DNA from: Eledone cirrhosa
Lineage: Eukaryota
Assembly: GCA_964016885.1 (NCBI GenBank)
Contig: OZ024749.1
Span: forward strand, 32,922,001-32,986,000
Direction of reading: 5' to 3'
Length of the DNA stretch: 64,000 nt
The notes under the pieces are model-generated. The model searched no databases. It worked only from the letters and a program-made list of their open reading frames with translations, and was not told where the DNA came from. This document shows positions 26,636-38,999 of this stretch, piece after piece (the stretch's first letter is position 1; each line of letters opens with the position of its first letter). The translations under genes were made by a program, and so were the position numbers.

Positions 26636-26749
26636 ATCTATTTTTATGCTTTTCCATAGGTTTGATATAACAAATAAACTAATATTTTATAGCCTGACAA
26701 GTTTTAGTTTCTCCTTCCCTCATTTATTATCACTCGGCCTCTTTTCTAG

Positions 26750-26854
26750 ATCTTGCTCTGTGACAAGTGTGATGCTGGTTATCACACTCTCTGCATCCAC
26801 CCGCCACTGTTTGTCATTCCTGAAGGAGACTGGTTCTGTCCACCCTGTGAACAC
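26750..26854 (+). CDS. RSF1: RSF1-like exon, PHD finger core ([35 protein letters not shown])
   Basis: TAG|...|GTAAGT, 105 nt. Completes the canonical C4HC3 PHD pattern. Confidence 0.96.
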
Positions 26855-27021
26855 GTAAGTACATTGTAAATTTTATGATATTTTATACTTGAACTTCTCC
26901 CACCTGAGTGATGAAAGGAAGGAAGCTATATTAAATAGGACCTGCAGGTATATGGTGTCTCTGTTCTACACATACACTGGATGTTGTAGTAAAATTTGAA
27001 CTTAGGACTGGTTCAGCATCA

Positions 27022-28245
27022 TAACCTCATAGATATTGTGACAACAGACACCTCACAGATATTGTGACAACAGACACCTCACAGATATTGTGACAACAGA
27101 CACCTCACACATATTGTGACAACAGACACCTCACACATATTGTGACAACAGACACCTCACAGATATTGTGACAACAGACACCTCACAGATATTGTGACAA
27201 CAGACACCTCACAGATATTGTGACAACAGACACCTCACAGATATTGTGACAACAGACACCTCACAGATATTGTGACAACAGACACCTCACAGATATTGTG
27301 ACAACAGACACCTCACAGATATTGTGACAACAGACACCTCACAGATATTGTGACAAGACACCTCACAGATATTGTGACAACAGACACCTCACAGATATTG
27401 TGACAACAGACACCTCACACATATTGTGACAACAGACACCTCACACATATTGTGACAACAGACACCTCACACATATTGTGACAACAGACACCTCACACAT
27501 ATTGTGACAACAGACACCTCACACATATTGTGACAACAGACACCTCACAGATATTGTGACAACAGACACCTCATAGATATTGTGACAACAGACACCTCAT
27601 AGATATTGTGACAAGACACCTCACAGATATTGTGACAAGACACCTCACAGATATTGTGACAAGACACCTCACAGATATTGTGACAACAGACACCTCACAG
27701 ATATTGTGACAACAGACACCTCACACATATTGTGACAACAGACACCTCACAGATATTGTGACAACAGACACCTCATAGATATTGTGACAACAGACACCTC
27801 ATAGATATTGTGACAACAGACACCTCATAGATATTGTGACAACAGACACCTCACAGATATTGTGACAACAGACACCTCACAGATATTGTGACAACAGACA
27901 CCTCATAGATATTGTGACAACAGACACCTCATAGATATTGTGACAACAGACACCTCACAGATATTGTGACAACAGACACCTCACAGATATTGTGACAACA
28001 GACACCTCACAGATATTGTGACAACAGACACCTCACACATATTGTGACAACAGACACCTCACACATATTGTGACAACAGACACCTCACACATATTGTGAC
28101 AACAGACACCTCACACATATTGTGACAACAGACACCTCACACATATTGTGACAACAGACACCTCACACATATTGTGACAAAAGACACCTCACAGATATTG
28201 TGACAACAGACACCTCATAGATATTGTGACAACAGACACCTCATA
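27022..28245. repeat. 26-bp minisatellite, ~47 copies
   Basis: Unit CACCTCACAGATATTGTGACAACAGA, with occasional 23-bp variants. Confidence 0.95.
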
Positions 28246-28456
28246 GTGTCATTATTGACATCACACAGATATTGTCTCAACACTCATCTTGTCATTACAG
28301 ACATTCGCCCTGACATTGTGACTACAGACACCCTCCATGGCAGGTGTCTGTACCACCTACATGTACAGAGTTCCATGGATTACAAATATTTCAATATTGT
28401 TTCTTTATATGTATGTTTTATGATTTATTTTTGTATATATTTTTTTTCTTTTCTAG

Positions 28457-28536
28457 AAAATGTTATTAGAAAAACTGCTGACCAATCTGCAGGAACTTGA
28501 TCTCCAGTTAAAGAAAAGGGAAAGATTAATGAAGAG
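28457..28536 (+). CDS. RSF1: RSF1-like exon (KMLLEKLLTNLQELDLQLKKRERLMKR, coiled-coil-like)
   Basis: TAG|...|GTAAAT, phase 0-2. Post-PHD helix as in RSF1. Confidence 0.9.
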
Positions 28537-29307
28537 GTAAATAATTATGCTGTTGTGTGGTGTTTATCTTTCATGTGTTGTGGTTGAATGTTAAATGTTT
28601 TAGTCTCAAATGGTAATTGTGTAGTGTATGTGATGTGTGAGTTTGGTTAACTGTGTAGAATGCGAGTTGTGTTATTTTATTGGGTAATGAGTATACTAAA
28701 GTATTGTTTAAATTGCACGTGTTATTGGTAGTGTTTCTGTATAATATGTGTGAGCTGCGTTGTTATTATTATATTGGGTGATGATTGTGTAAAGTATGTG
28801 TTGTATAGCTTGTGTTATGTTATTGGGTAGTTATTGTTGTGTGGCTTGTTATGTTATTGGGTGGTTATTGTGTTGTGTGGCTTGCGTTATGTTATTGGGT
28901 GGTTATTGTGTAGAGTATGTGTTGTGTGATTATTACTGAATGGTATTCTCTATAGCATGTGTTCAGTGTGTGTTGTTTTATGAGGTAGTTGTATGTGTTG
29001 TATATGGCGGTGAATTGGCAGAGTCGTTAAGACGTCGGATAGAATGCTTATGGTATTCGTTCCAACTCATTGCACGCTCTGAGTTCAAATCCCGCCGAGG
29101 TCAACTTTGCCTTTCATCCTTTTGAGGTCGATAAAAAAGTACCAGTGCAGTACTGGGGTCGATTCTTCCTCTATAAAAAAAATCGGCTGTGTTCAGACCT
29201 GGAGAGGGTTGGGCTCCACCAGGTTTAAAAGTGCCCTAGACACTTTATCAAATTATCTATATATTTCTTTTCATAGTGTAGGGTCTTTTAACTGTTGTTC
29301 TTTTTTT

Positions 29308-29352
<45 letters not shown>

Positions 29353-29449
29353 AAATGAAGTAATTCCGTCGGAAAAGTCCAGGAAAAAAGAGTGCTCTAT
29401 GTAGGTAACAGAGCTTAATAGTTATGTAATAAACAACATAAGGCAATTA

Positions 29450-29509
29450 TTCCATTTACCAGTGGTTTCTTAAAAGCAAAAAATTTTGCTTTCAATCATC
29501 AGAATGAAA
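29450..29509 (-). ncRNA. Type I minimal hammerhead ribozyme motif
   Basis: Minus strand reads TTTCATT-CTGATGA-[TTGAAAGCAA..TTGCTTTTAA stem II]-GAAA-CC-ACT-GG-TA-AATGGAA. Stem I pairs over 7 bp (one G-U) and the cleavage triplet is GUA. Confidence 0.7.
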
Positions 29510-29610
29510 AAATCCTGGTCTGTTTATTGATATTGGATTTTAAAAACAAAAATGCAAATGGAATGCATTTTTGTTTTTAAAATCCAATATCAATAAACAG
29601 ACCAGGATTT

Positions 29611-29670
29611 TTTCATTCTGATGATTGAAAGCAAAATTTTTTGCTTTTAAGAAACCACTGGTATATGGAA
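29611..29670 (+). ncRNA. Second hammerhead copy in the opposite palindrome arm (one stem I mismatch)
   Basis: CTGATGA at 29618-29624 and GAAACCACTGGTA at 29651-29663. The first stem I pair is U-U. Confidence 0.55.
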
Positions 29671-29695
29671 TAATTGCCTTATGTTGTTTATTACA

Positions 29696-29727
<32 letters not shown>

Positions 29728-29729
<2 letters not shown>

Positions 29730-30001
29730 AGCAAATTATAAATGTAAACATGTAAGTATGTTTTTTGAAACGGTGCGCGAGTTTGAAAATTAGAAATTAT
29801 AAGCTTTCACCGTATTTTAGACTAAAGAAATTTCTAGCCTCATAGTGGGGTTTATAACCCTCGGAGAAAATGGAAAAAGATGAATGTTGCCGTACGGCAA
29901 CACTCATCTTTTTCCATTTTCTCCGAGGGTTATAAACCCCACTATGAGGCAGGCTAGAAATTTCTTTAGTCTAAAATACGGTGAAAGCTTATAATTTCTA
30001 A

Positions 30002-30007
<6 letters not shown>
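29728..30007. repeat. Second foldback palindrome (~107-bp arms) inside (TA)n
   Basis: Centre TGTTGCCGT|ACGGCAACA at 29893/29894, with a 4-nt insertion in the right arm. Confidence 0.9.
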
Positions 30008-30040
<33 letters not shown>

Positions 30041-30079
30041 ATCAAATTGACCTTTTTTTCATATATTTGTCCGTTGCAG

Positions 30080-30128
30080 AAAGGAAAGGCTGGCTTTTGT
30101 TGGTATTAGCTTGGATAATATTTTGTCT
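30080..30128 (+). CDS. RSF1: RSF1-like 49-nt exon (KERLAFVGISLDNILS)
   Basis: CAG|...|GTAAGT, phase 2-0. Matches the RSF1 KERLxxVGISxxNI motif. Confidence 0.92.
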
Positions 30129-30194
30129 GTAAGTATTTCAGTTTCTTTAATGATCTACTAGCAAGTTTGTAGTTTTTTTTGTAGTTTTTCTTTT

Positions 30195-31372
30195 TTTTTT
30201 CTTCTCTTCCTCCCACTCATTCCTAAGGGGGTCATGGGGGCCGAGTCCTCAAACACTCCTTCCAGCTGGTCCTGTCAGAAGCAACTGTCTTCAATTGATC
30301 CAGCTGGATTCCCAAGCAAGACCAAGCGAGCTTATAGATGTTATCCAAACATCTTGCTTGGGGTCTACCCCTGGGTCTCCTGCTGGTTGGTTTTTGCCCG
30401 TAAAATCTTTCCAGCAATTCTTTCCTGAAATATTTTAACTACATGCCCATAATATCAGAGCTGTGAACTCTCAATTTGGAGAAGTAGCAGCTCGACCTGG
30501 GGTGACTCTCTACTCTCCGAGCTACACACTCTTTTGAGTAACGTTACTCCAAAGGCTCTTTGATGGAACCCCATTTTAGCCGCTTGTATTCATGATCATA
30601 TTCTTTCGGTCATTACCCAAGATTCATGACCATAGGTAAGGGTTGGTACGAATACTGAATGGAAGATAGCAAGTTTGGCTTTTACACCTACCTCCTTTCT
30701 TCTGATTACCAAATGCTGAAGCTGGCACATTACTGCACCAGCACCTGCAATTCTTGTACGTAATTCAGCCTCCTGCCTTCCATCACTCGTGAACACGGCC
30801 CTGAGATACTTGCATTTCTCCATCTGCTTTGCAAGCTTCCTTGAGAAGGCAAGTGTATCAGTCTTCGTAGCTCTAATTTTCATTCCAGCCATGCAACATT
30901 CATCATCAAACCTATCAAATGTATGTTGGAGATCACCTTCTGACGAGTTAAGTAATACCATGTTGTCTGCAAATTCTAGCCAACAAATATTGCTCCCATT
31001 ATAGAGGGATCTCCTTGTTAAGCCTCCTCGGTAAAAGTCTATGCTAAGTGTCTGGCAAAGAGATGTAGGGAAATTGTCAAGTTCTAGCTAGCTGGTGAAC
31101 AGTGTGGTTTTTGCCCCAGACGCAGCACTGCCAACCAAATAGTCACACTGCGACAGGCCTTTGAGAAATCGCGGGAGTACTGCCAAGAGGTGTATTCTTG
31201 CTTTGTAGACCTTGAAAAGGCATATAATCACATTCCCGGGAGATCTGCTGTGAAAGGTTCTGCACGAGTATAAGATCGATGGTCAACTTCTTGTTGTCCT
31301 GATGTCTCTATACAAATGCCTGAGTATTTGTGTTCAGGTAAATGATGCTAAATCGAAACCTTTCAATGTAGC
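30195..31372 (-). mobile_element. Degenerate RTE-like LINE reverse transcriptase with inverted 5' segment
   Basis: Minus strand 30195-30999: FADN..KYL..PTLTYGHESW..RPRGRP. Plus strand 31000-31372: YRGISLLS..EQCGF..FVDLEKAY. Confidence 0.85.
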
Positions 31373-32008
31373 TATATGGAACATAATGCAAAAAAAAAAA
31401 GAAAAAAATTAAATAAAAAATTTGTCAATATAATCCTAATCTAAACCTTCAAAATGTATTTCTGCAAAATTTCATGAAAAGATATGCATTATTATACCAA
31501 ACTGCTTCAAACCATTGCACCCCTGGTTCTACAATACAAAACTGTTTATATAAAGTGTTTATAATTATCTGAAAACTTTCAATCATAATTCTATGTAAAA
31601 ACCTTTCTTAAGTTAATGCTCCAAACACCAGCTAGATAATAAGAAAGTTACTTATATCACTAGATCCCTGTAAATTCTTGATTATTTAAAAAATTATTTG
31701 AAAGTCATAGGCAGGGTTTTTCATTAGAAAATACGATAATAAAAGAGTTAAGAAAGTTGAGGCAACAAAGTTGATAAGGCACTAAACTGGTGTTATGCCG
31801 ACATGTTTGTCTACTGTTATTATTTCTTTCTGTTTTCAAACAGTAACAATGTCAATGGAAACAGTTCTATAATGAGAACAATTTCCAAACTTATGAGTCC
31901 TCAGTCTCTCGTGAACATTGTACTAATATTTTACAACTATTAATCATTTGTACCGAGAGATAGATAGAGAGACAGACACATGCGATATGTGTGTGTAAGC
32001 AGCTTCCA

Positions 32009-32067
<59 letters not shown>

Positions 32068-32428
32068 ATACTTTGGGAGGGTCATGTTGCCAATATATAT
32101 AGAACAAAAACAGAGAGGCAGTACAAATATGAGTTTATTAGGTTCACGCTTTTGAGAGTGAGGGCGGTGGATATATATATATATATACGTATGTATGTAT
32201 AAAATATAAAATAATTTAAAAAGGATATATATAGATATATCAATTGAGAAACTAACCAGGCTTTAATACATATATACATATAAAAACAAATACAATTTAA
32301 AGTGTTAAATAAAAAAAACATTACTCACATAACGATTAAGTTATATTTAAATGGCTGTACTTCCAAATATGACCATCCAGTCATATCTATGCATATTTTA
32401 TATGTATTGATTAAACCTAAAATTAGAT

Positions 32429-32465
<37 letters not shown>

Positions 32466-32894
32466 CCACACATCCATATGTGCTTATACACCCACCCATA
32501 TATGCTTATATATACAAATTACATGTTCAAGCCAGCGTAGCTGTGACTCCACCTGGTTAGCTAGAGATGTGGTCTCGCCACAAAATGTTTATTATGGATC
32601 GAAGATGGTGCAGCTGGCAACTCATTAGCTTCTTAATGTGTTGACGATACCCTTGCTAGCAGGGAAAGCAGACGTTAAAACAGCGATGATGATGATGGTG
32701 TATAGTTGTGCCAGTGCTTTTGGTCTACATGCTTATAAGAGTGAAGCATTATTGATGAAGATTTTTCGTTGTCTAACTGTAATAATTTAGAAAAAAAAAA
32801 CCTAACACCAAGTCAAACTCGATTACAAGTGGTTGCTGAGGAAGAACTTAATATAATGTTTGTATTTGGTTATGTTTAGTTATTTGTATGTATA

Positions 32895-33268
32895 ATGAAG
32901 CAGGTATGCTCCGATGGATGTGCAATGTCAATGTGCGTGATAGACCAAGCATGGACGGGTTGAGAGAAACTGTATATAAGAGGAATAAACTAGTGTGCGG
33001 GAGAGAAGACTGCGTTGGTATGGCCATATGATGCGGCACATGGATGATGACTGCTGGGTGAAGAAGTGCCAGGTGATCCCTGTGGAAGAAAGACGCAATA
33101 GAGGAAGACCGCGGAAGACATAGGGCGAAGGTGGTGAGAGCTGACCTCAAATCGCTGAAGCTCACAGAGGAGATGACGAAGGTCTGTGATGAGTGGAGAG
33201 ATGCTGTACTGAAGAGGACCACCCTTGCAAGCAGGGAAAAGCAGATGTAAAATGATGATGATGATGAC
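32895..33268 (+). mobile_element. RTE-like LINE 3' fragment with (GAT)n tail
   Basis: MLRWMCNV..RLRWYGHM..RGRPRKT pattern, frameshifted. Confidence 0.7.
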
Positions 33269-33464
33269 ATGTATACATATGTGTGCGTGTATATATGTAT
33301 ATTTGAGCATACACAACACATACAAGTAAACATGATGTTCTGTTGCCATGATATGTATAACAAATTAACGTAAATCATAATCATAACACATGACCACCAC
33401 ACCTGATGTTGATTCACCTTTTCTATTAATCTTTGTCCAATCACCCCCCCCCCCTTCTCCCAAC

Positions 33465-33693
33465 TTAACCCTTTAGCATTTAAACCGGCCAGATCCTGCC
33501 AGAATTCTCTTATCTCTTTTTGTTCAAACCGGCCATAATCGGCCACTCATACTAATGTTACGGTATTGTCCTCAAAATAAGTAATATCAAAACCTCATAG
33601 ATTCAATATTATTTGAGATAATTATGTGAGGTAAAGCCTTTACCACGAAAATACAATTGTATATATAGAGTAATGTAAATACTAAAGGATTAA
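33465..33693 (-). mobile_element. piggyBac-type MITE family A copy
   Basis: TTAA-flanked reverse copy. Confidence 0.85.
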
Positions 33694-34429
33694 TGAAGTT
33701 CACAATGATTATAATGACTTCTTAACTTATTCCTCTCAAATTCCTTGTAAATCCTCTCTTATTTATTTACTGCCTAAGTTTCTTCATTGCCTTATAATAC
33801 CATTCCAGTTATACTCATCCATTTTGTTGTCATATTTTACCTTTCATACGAGGTCAATAGAAAAATTATCAGTCCAGTACTGATTCATTCAGTGTTTTGT
33901 AGAGAATTGTGGAGACAATATGAATTGTAATTAAATCTACTAGGGAGAATAGTTATGTACCATAGCCTCAGCTCGATCCAACCCTTGTCAGTGAAATTAG
34001 GTAGACGGATGCTGTGTGGAAGCTCGTCAGACGGATTGAACCTGTCTGAGAATTATGTTAAAGGTACATGTGTCTGTGGAATACTCAACCACTCCGTTGT
34101 TACTTTAGAAGTTCGACTGTTAGTTGGTTGAATTACAGAATGCTCATAGTTGAAACCATACTCACATGCACACTCAAACACTCTCTCTCTCTCTCTACTT
34201 TAATAGTTTCTCCTTCTTAACACCTCTCTCTCTCTTTCCCTCTCTCAACATGATCTATCTCCCTCTTTTTTAACACGCTTCCTTTCTCTCTACTCCTTCT
34301 CCATCTCCTCCACCCATGCATCTATCTTCCTCCTTCCTAATATGATCTATCTCCCTCCTTCCTAACACTGTTTTTCTCTCCTCCCTCTCCCTATGACTAT
34401 CTCCTTCCCTTTTAACACTCTCTCTTTCT

Positions 34430-36255
34430 CTCCTCCTCTCTCAATATGATCTATCTCCCTCCCTCTTTAATACATGCACTCTCTCCCTTCTCTCTCAATA
34501 TGATCCATCTCCCTCCCTCTTTAATACATGCACTCTCTCCTTCCTTCTCTCTTAACATGATATATCTCCCTCCCTAATACATGCACTCTCTCCTTCCTTC
34601 TCTCTTAACATGATCTATCTCCCTCCCTCTTTAATACATGCACTCTCTCTCTCCTCTCTCAATATGATCTATCTCCCTCCTTCTTTAATACATGCACTCT
34701 CTCCCTTCTCTCTCAATATGATCCATCTCCCTCCCTCTTTAATACATGCACTCTCTCCTTCCTTCTCTCTTAACATGATCTATCTCCCTCCCTCTTTAAT
34801 ACATGCACTCTCTCTTTCCTTCTCTCTTAACATGATATATCTCCCTCCCTAATACATGCACTCTCTCCTTCCTCTCTTAACATGATCTATCTCCCTCCCT
34901 CTTTAATATGTGCACTCTCTCCTTCCTTCTCTCTTAACATGATCTATCTCCCTCCCTCTTTAATACATGCACTCTCTCTTTCCTTCTCTCTTAACATGAT
35001 CTATCTCCCTCCCTCTTTAATACATGCACTCTCTCCTTCCTTCTCTCTTAACATGATCTATCTCCCTCCCTCTTTAATACATGCACTCTCTCTTTCCTTC
35101 TCTCTTAACATGATATATCTCCCTCCCTAATACATGCACTCTCTCCTTCCTCTCTTAACATGATCTATCTCCCCCCCTCTTTAATATGTGCACTCTCCCC
35201 TTCCTTCTCTCTTAACATGATCTATCTCCCTCCCTCTTTAATACGTGCACTCTCTCCTTCCTTCTCTCTTAACATGATCTATCTCCCTCTCTCTTTAATA
35301 TGTGCACTCTCCCCTTCCTTCTCTCTTAACATGATCTATCTCCCTCTCTCTTTAATATGTGCACTCTCCCCTTCCTTCTCTCTTAACATGATCTATCTCC
35401 CTCCCTCTTTAATATGTGCACTCTCCCCTTCCTTCTCTCTTAACATGATCTATCTCCCTCTCTCTTTAATACGTGCACTCTCTCCTTCCTTCTCTCTTAA
35501 CATGATCTATCTCCCTCCCTCTTTAATACATGCACTCTCTCTTTCCTTCTCTCTTAACATGATCTATCTCCCTCCCTCTTTAATATGTGCACTCTCTCTT
35601 TCCTTCTCTCTTAACATGATCTATCTCCCTCCCTCTTTAATACATGCACTCTCTCCTTCCTTCTCTCTTAACATGATCTATCTCCCTCCCTCTTTAATAC
35701 ATGCACTCTCTCTTTCCTTCTCTCTTAACATGATATATCTCCCTCCCTAATACATGCACTCTCTCCTTCTCTCTTAACATGATCTATCTCCCTCTCTCTT
35801 TAATACGTGCACTCTCTCTTTCCTTCTCTCTTAACATGATCTATCTCCCTCTCTCTTTAATACGTGCACTCTCCCCTTCCTTCTCTCTTAACATGATCTA
35901 TCTCCCTCTCTCTTTAATACGTGCACTCTCTCTTTCCTTCTCTCTTAACATGATCTATCTCCCTCCCTCTTTAATATGTGCACTCTCCCCTTCCTTCTCT
36001 CTTAACATGATCTATCTCCCTCCCTCTTTAATACGTGCACTCTCTCTTTCCTTCTCTCTTAACATGATCTATCTCCCTCCCTTTTTAATACGTGCACTCT
36101 CTCTTTCCTTCTCTCTTAACATGATCTATCTCCCTCTCTCTTTAATACGTGCACTCTCTCTTTCCTTCTCTCTTAACATGATCTATCTCCCTCTCTCTTT
36201 AATACGTGCACTCTCTCTTTCCTTCTCTCTTAACATGATCTATCTCCCTCCCTCA
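34430..36255. repeat. 57-bp pyrimidine-rich minisatellite, ~32 copies
   Basis: Unit AACATGATCTATCTCCCTCCCTCTTTAATACATGCACTCTCTCCTTCCTTCTCTCTT, with degenerate lead-in from ~34200. Confidence 0.95.
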
Positions 36256-36812
36256 TTTTTTAACACTACCCCCCCCCCCCTCGTCTTGTTCTATATAAAT
36301 AGTTATGTTGTTTTTCAACGCCCTTCACCCTTTCTACACACAAACAAGCCTCAAATATTTTATGATAGTCACCAGTTCATTCAAGAGGAAATAAATACTG
36401 TGTCTTTACCTACACATCTGTGTGTGTGTATGTTTACACACATATAACACATACACTACGCAAAAACAAATGTAAACACCCTTGTCCACTTTCACGTTCA
36501 CATGCACATAAATATGCACATTTACACACATGCTTATATATACATCCCATATATATATACACTCATATATATGCTAGCAGGGAAAACGGACGTTAAACGA
36601 TGATGATGATAATGATGTGTATATATATATACATATATACATCGTCTGCTCATTCATGCAATACACTAGACACTTGATTCAAGTATACATACGCCCTAGT
36701 AAGTATTATCTTTTAAATATATATATATATAGATATATATCACAGACGGAAGAAAGAGTACTCAATACTGGCGTTAGAATTTAAATTATATACAGGAATA
36801 AATGTGTGTGTC

Positions 36813-36857
<45 letters not shown>

Positions 36858-37670
36858 TTATTGTTCATTTTTTGGGATATTTCTTTGATTATATTTTATT
36901 TTTGTTGCCCTCTCAAAAAATCTGAAATGAAGAAGTAGGGAGGGGGTTCTTTTTTGTTTCTTTTTTGATAGGTAAAATTGTTGTTACAGCTCACACCTAA
37001 GTTTGTAGCTTTAGCTGGCCTCGTAAGGGGTTTCTCAGCTGCTTCAATGATAGGTACCGCTGCAGTGTTGTTATTACAGCTCACTCACACCTATGTATGT
37101 ATGTAAGTTTAGCTGGCCTCCAATGGGGTTTCTCGAGTATTTTCATGGGGGCCTCATTGTTATTACAGCTCACACCTATGTAGGTTTAACTGCCCTTACA
37201 GCTCACATCTATGTAGGTTTAGCTGGCCCCCTATGGCGGTTTCTCGGGTGTTTTCATGATAAGGGCCTCAGCATTATTACAGCTCCCATCTATGTAGGTG
37301 TAGCTGGCCTCCTATGGGGGTTTCTCAGGTGTTTTCATGATAAGGGCCTCAGCATTATTACAGCACACACTTATGTAGGTTAAACTAGCCTTCTATGGTG
37401 TTTCAATGATAGGGACCATCCAATACTATCACAATAAAACTGTGTATAAAGTGGATAGCAACAAACCTTTTTAGTAATGTTGTATTTATATCTGTATACT
37501 CGTAGTTAGTAGCCTGTTTATATAAATATATATATATGTGTGTGTGTGGGGGATGTACTGGTGCACTGGTGCCTATTCAGAGAATAAAGTTTATACTCTA
37601 CCTGCAAGTATTGAGTGTTAATTCCGTTAATGCTTGAATGTTTCAAGTGTTGTATTTTAAACACCCATTC

Positions 37671-37728
<58 letters not shown>

Positions 37729-38021
37729 CATACACAAACTTCACACACACAATAGTGTTACAGGTAACACAAGATCTCCATTATGTGACATGTTGGAGAT
37801 ACCTTTTCCCTGTGATATATATGTATCTACACTGTAAATGTGGTTGGTGTTAGGAAGGGCATCCAGCTGTAGAAAACCCGCCAGACAGTCCTATGCGAGC
37901 AAGACAACCACTCTTGCCTCAAGTGGGAAAACTCCCATCCAAACCCATGCAAGCGTGGAACATGGACGTTAAACGATGATGATGATGATATATATATATA
38001 TATATATATGGTTATGAGTGT

Positions 38022-38320
38022 GCATGGCTTAGTGATTAGGGTATTCAGCTCATGATCGTAAGGTTGTAAGTTCGATTCCTCATAGTGCATTGTGTCCTTG
38101 AGCAACACACTTTATTTCACATTGCTCCAGTCCACTTGGCTAACAAAAATGAATTATACTTGGAATTCGAAGGGCTAGCCTTCGAATTACATGTCATGCT
38201 GAATCTTTCTTAGAACTATGTTAACGGTACGCATGTCTGTGGAATGCTCAGCCACTTGCACGTTAAGTTCTGTAGATCGTATCAACTGCAACACTCTTCG
38301 TAACTGATGAAGTGCCCAAA
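38022..38320 (+). mobile_element. tRNA-derived SINE family 2 with CORE-like central domain
   Basis: TGGCTTAGTGATTAG (A box), GTTCGATTCC (B box), then TGTGTCCTTGAGCAACACACTT resembling the CORE-SINE domain. Copies at about 5705-5860, 22505-22600, 44200-44360(-) and in the duplicate. Confidence 0.65.
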
Positions 38321-38999
38321 GAAAAGATATATATATGTATATAATATATATATATATATATGTTATATACATATAACTGCATTTTTGCATTCCTGTGTTT
38401 GTTTTGTTTCTTTATTAACTATATGTATACATTAGTTTTCCAAACTGTGCTGTATAGCAATGACCTAATTCTCCACCCTAGTAACAATGACCTAATTCCC
38501 CACCCTAATAACAATAACCTAATTCTCCACCCTAATAACAATAACCTAATTTACCTTTTCTATCATCATCATCATCATCGTCATCATCATCTTTGATTTT
38601 AAAAAAAAATTCCTTTCCCTCCCACTGTCATTAGTGACTCTTGCATTTCCCCATAAATCAATCCCTGTGTCAGGTATGTGTGGTGGTGTTGGTGGTGGTG
38701 GCAGTGTTGGTAGTTGTGGTGGTGGAATTTAACCCTTTTAGCAACTCGATAATCAACAAAAATCACTTGTTATATCACTGCCCAAGATTGCTTCAAGTTT
38801 CATGATATATCATAAATTTTCAAATGCTTGTCCCCCATCACTGTTTAACATCAATTTTCCATACCTGCATTGGTTAAATGGTTGTAATATGAGGCTACAC
38901 AGGTCAGGGGATCACTTTGCATTTCTATGGCTGGATGCAGTGTACTGGGAACATTTTTCATGCCACCAGCACCAACCATCCGCCAGTCGTGATACCACC

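Larger units (their letters stand above)
29350..29702 (-). mobile_element. Penelope-like pLTR remnant: 139-bp inverted arms plus an unpaired tail, inside (TA)n
   Basis: Arms 29418-29556 and 29564-29702, one mismatch, 7-nt loop. Hammerhead core present, TA tracts on both sides. Confidence 0.65.

Noticed and set aside
22716-26858. Repeat ORFs (371 aa minus; 150-200 aa plus)
   Set aside because: Artefacts of the 102-bp and 48-bp tandem repeats.
27022-28245. CRISPR-like array
   Set aside because: Contiguous tandem units with no unique spacers, no cas genes, and a eukaryotic intron context.
34610-36447. MIYLPPSLIHALS repeat ORFs
   Set aside because: Translation of the 57-bp minisatellite, interrupted by stops and frameshifts.
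38300-38330. CTGATGA...GAAAA as another hammerhead
   Set aside because: No stem II, III or I pairing; it is the SINE 2 tail.
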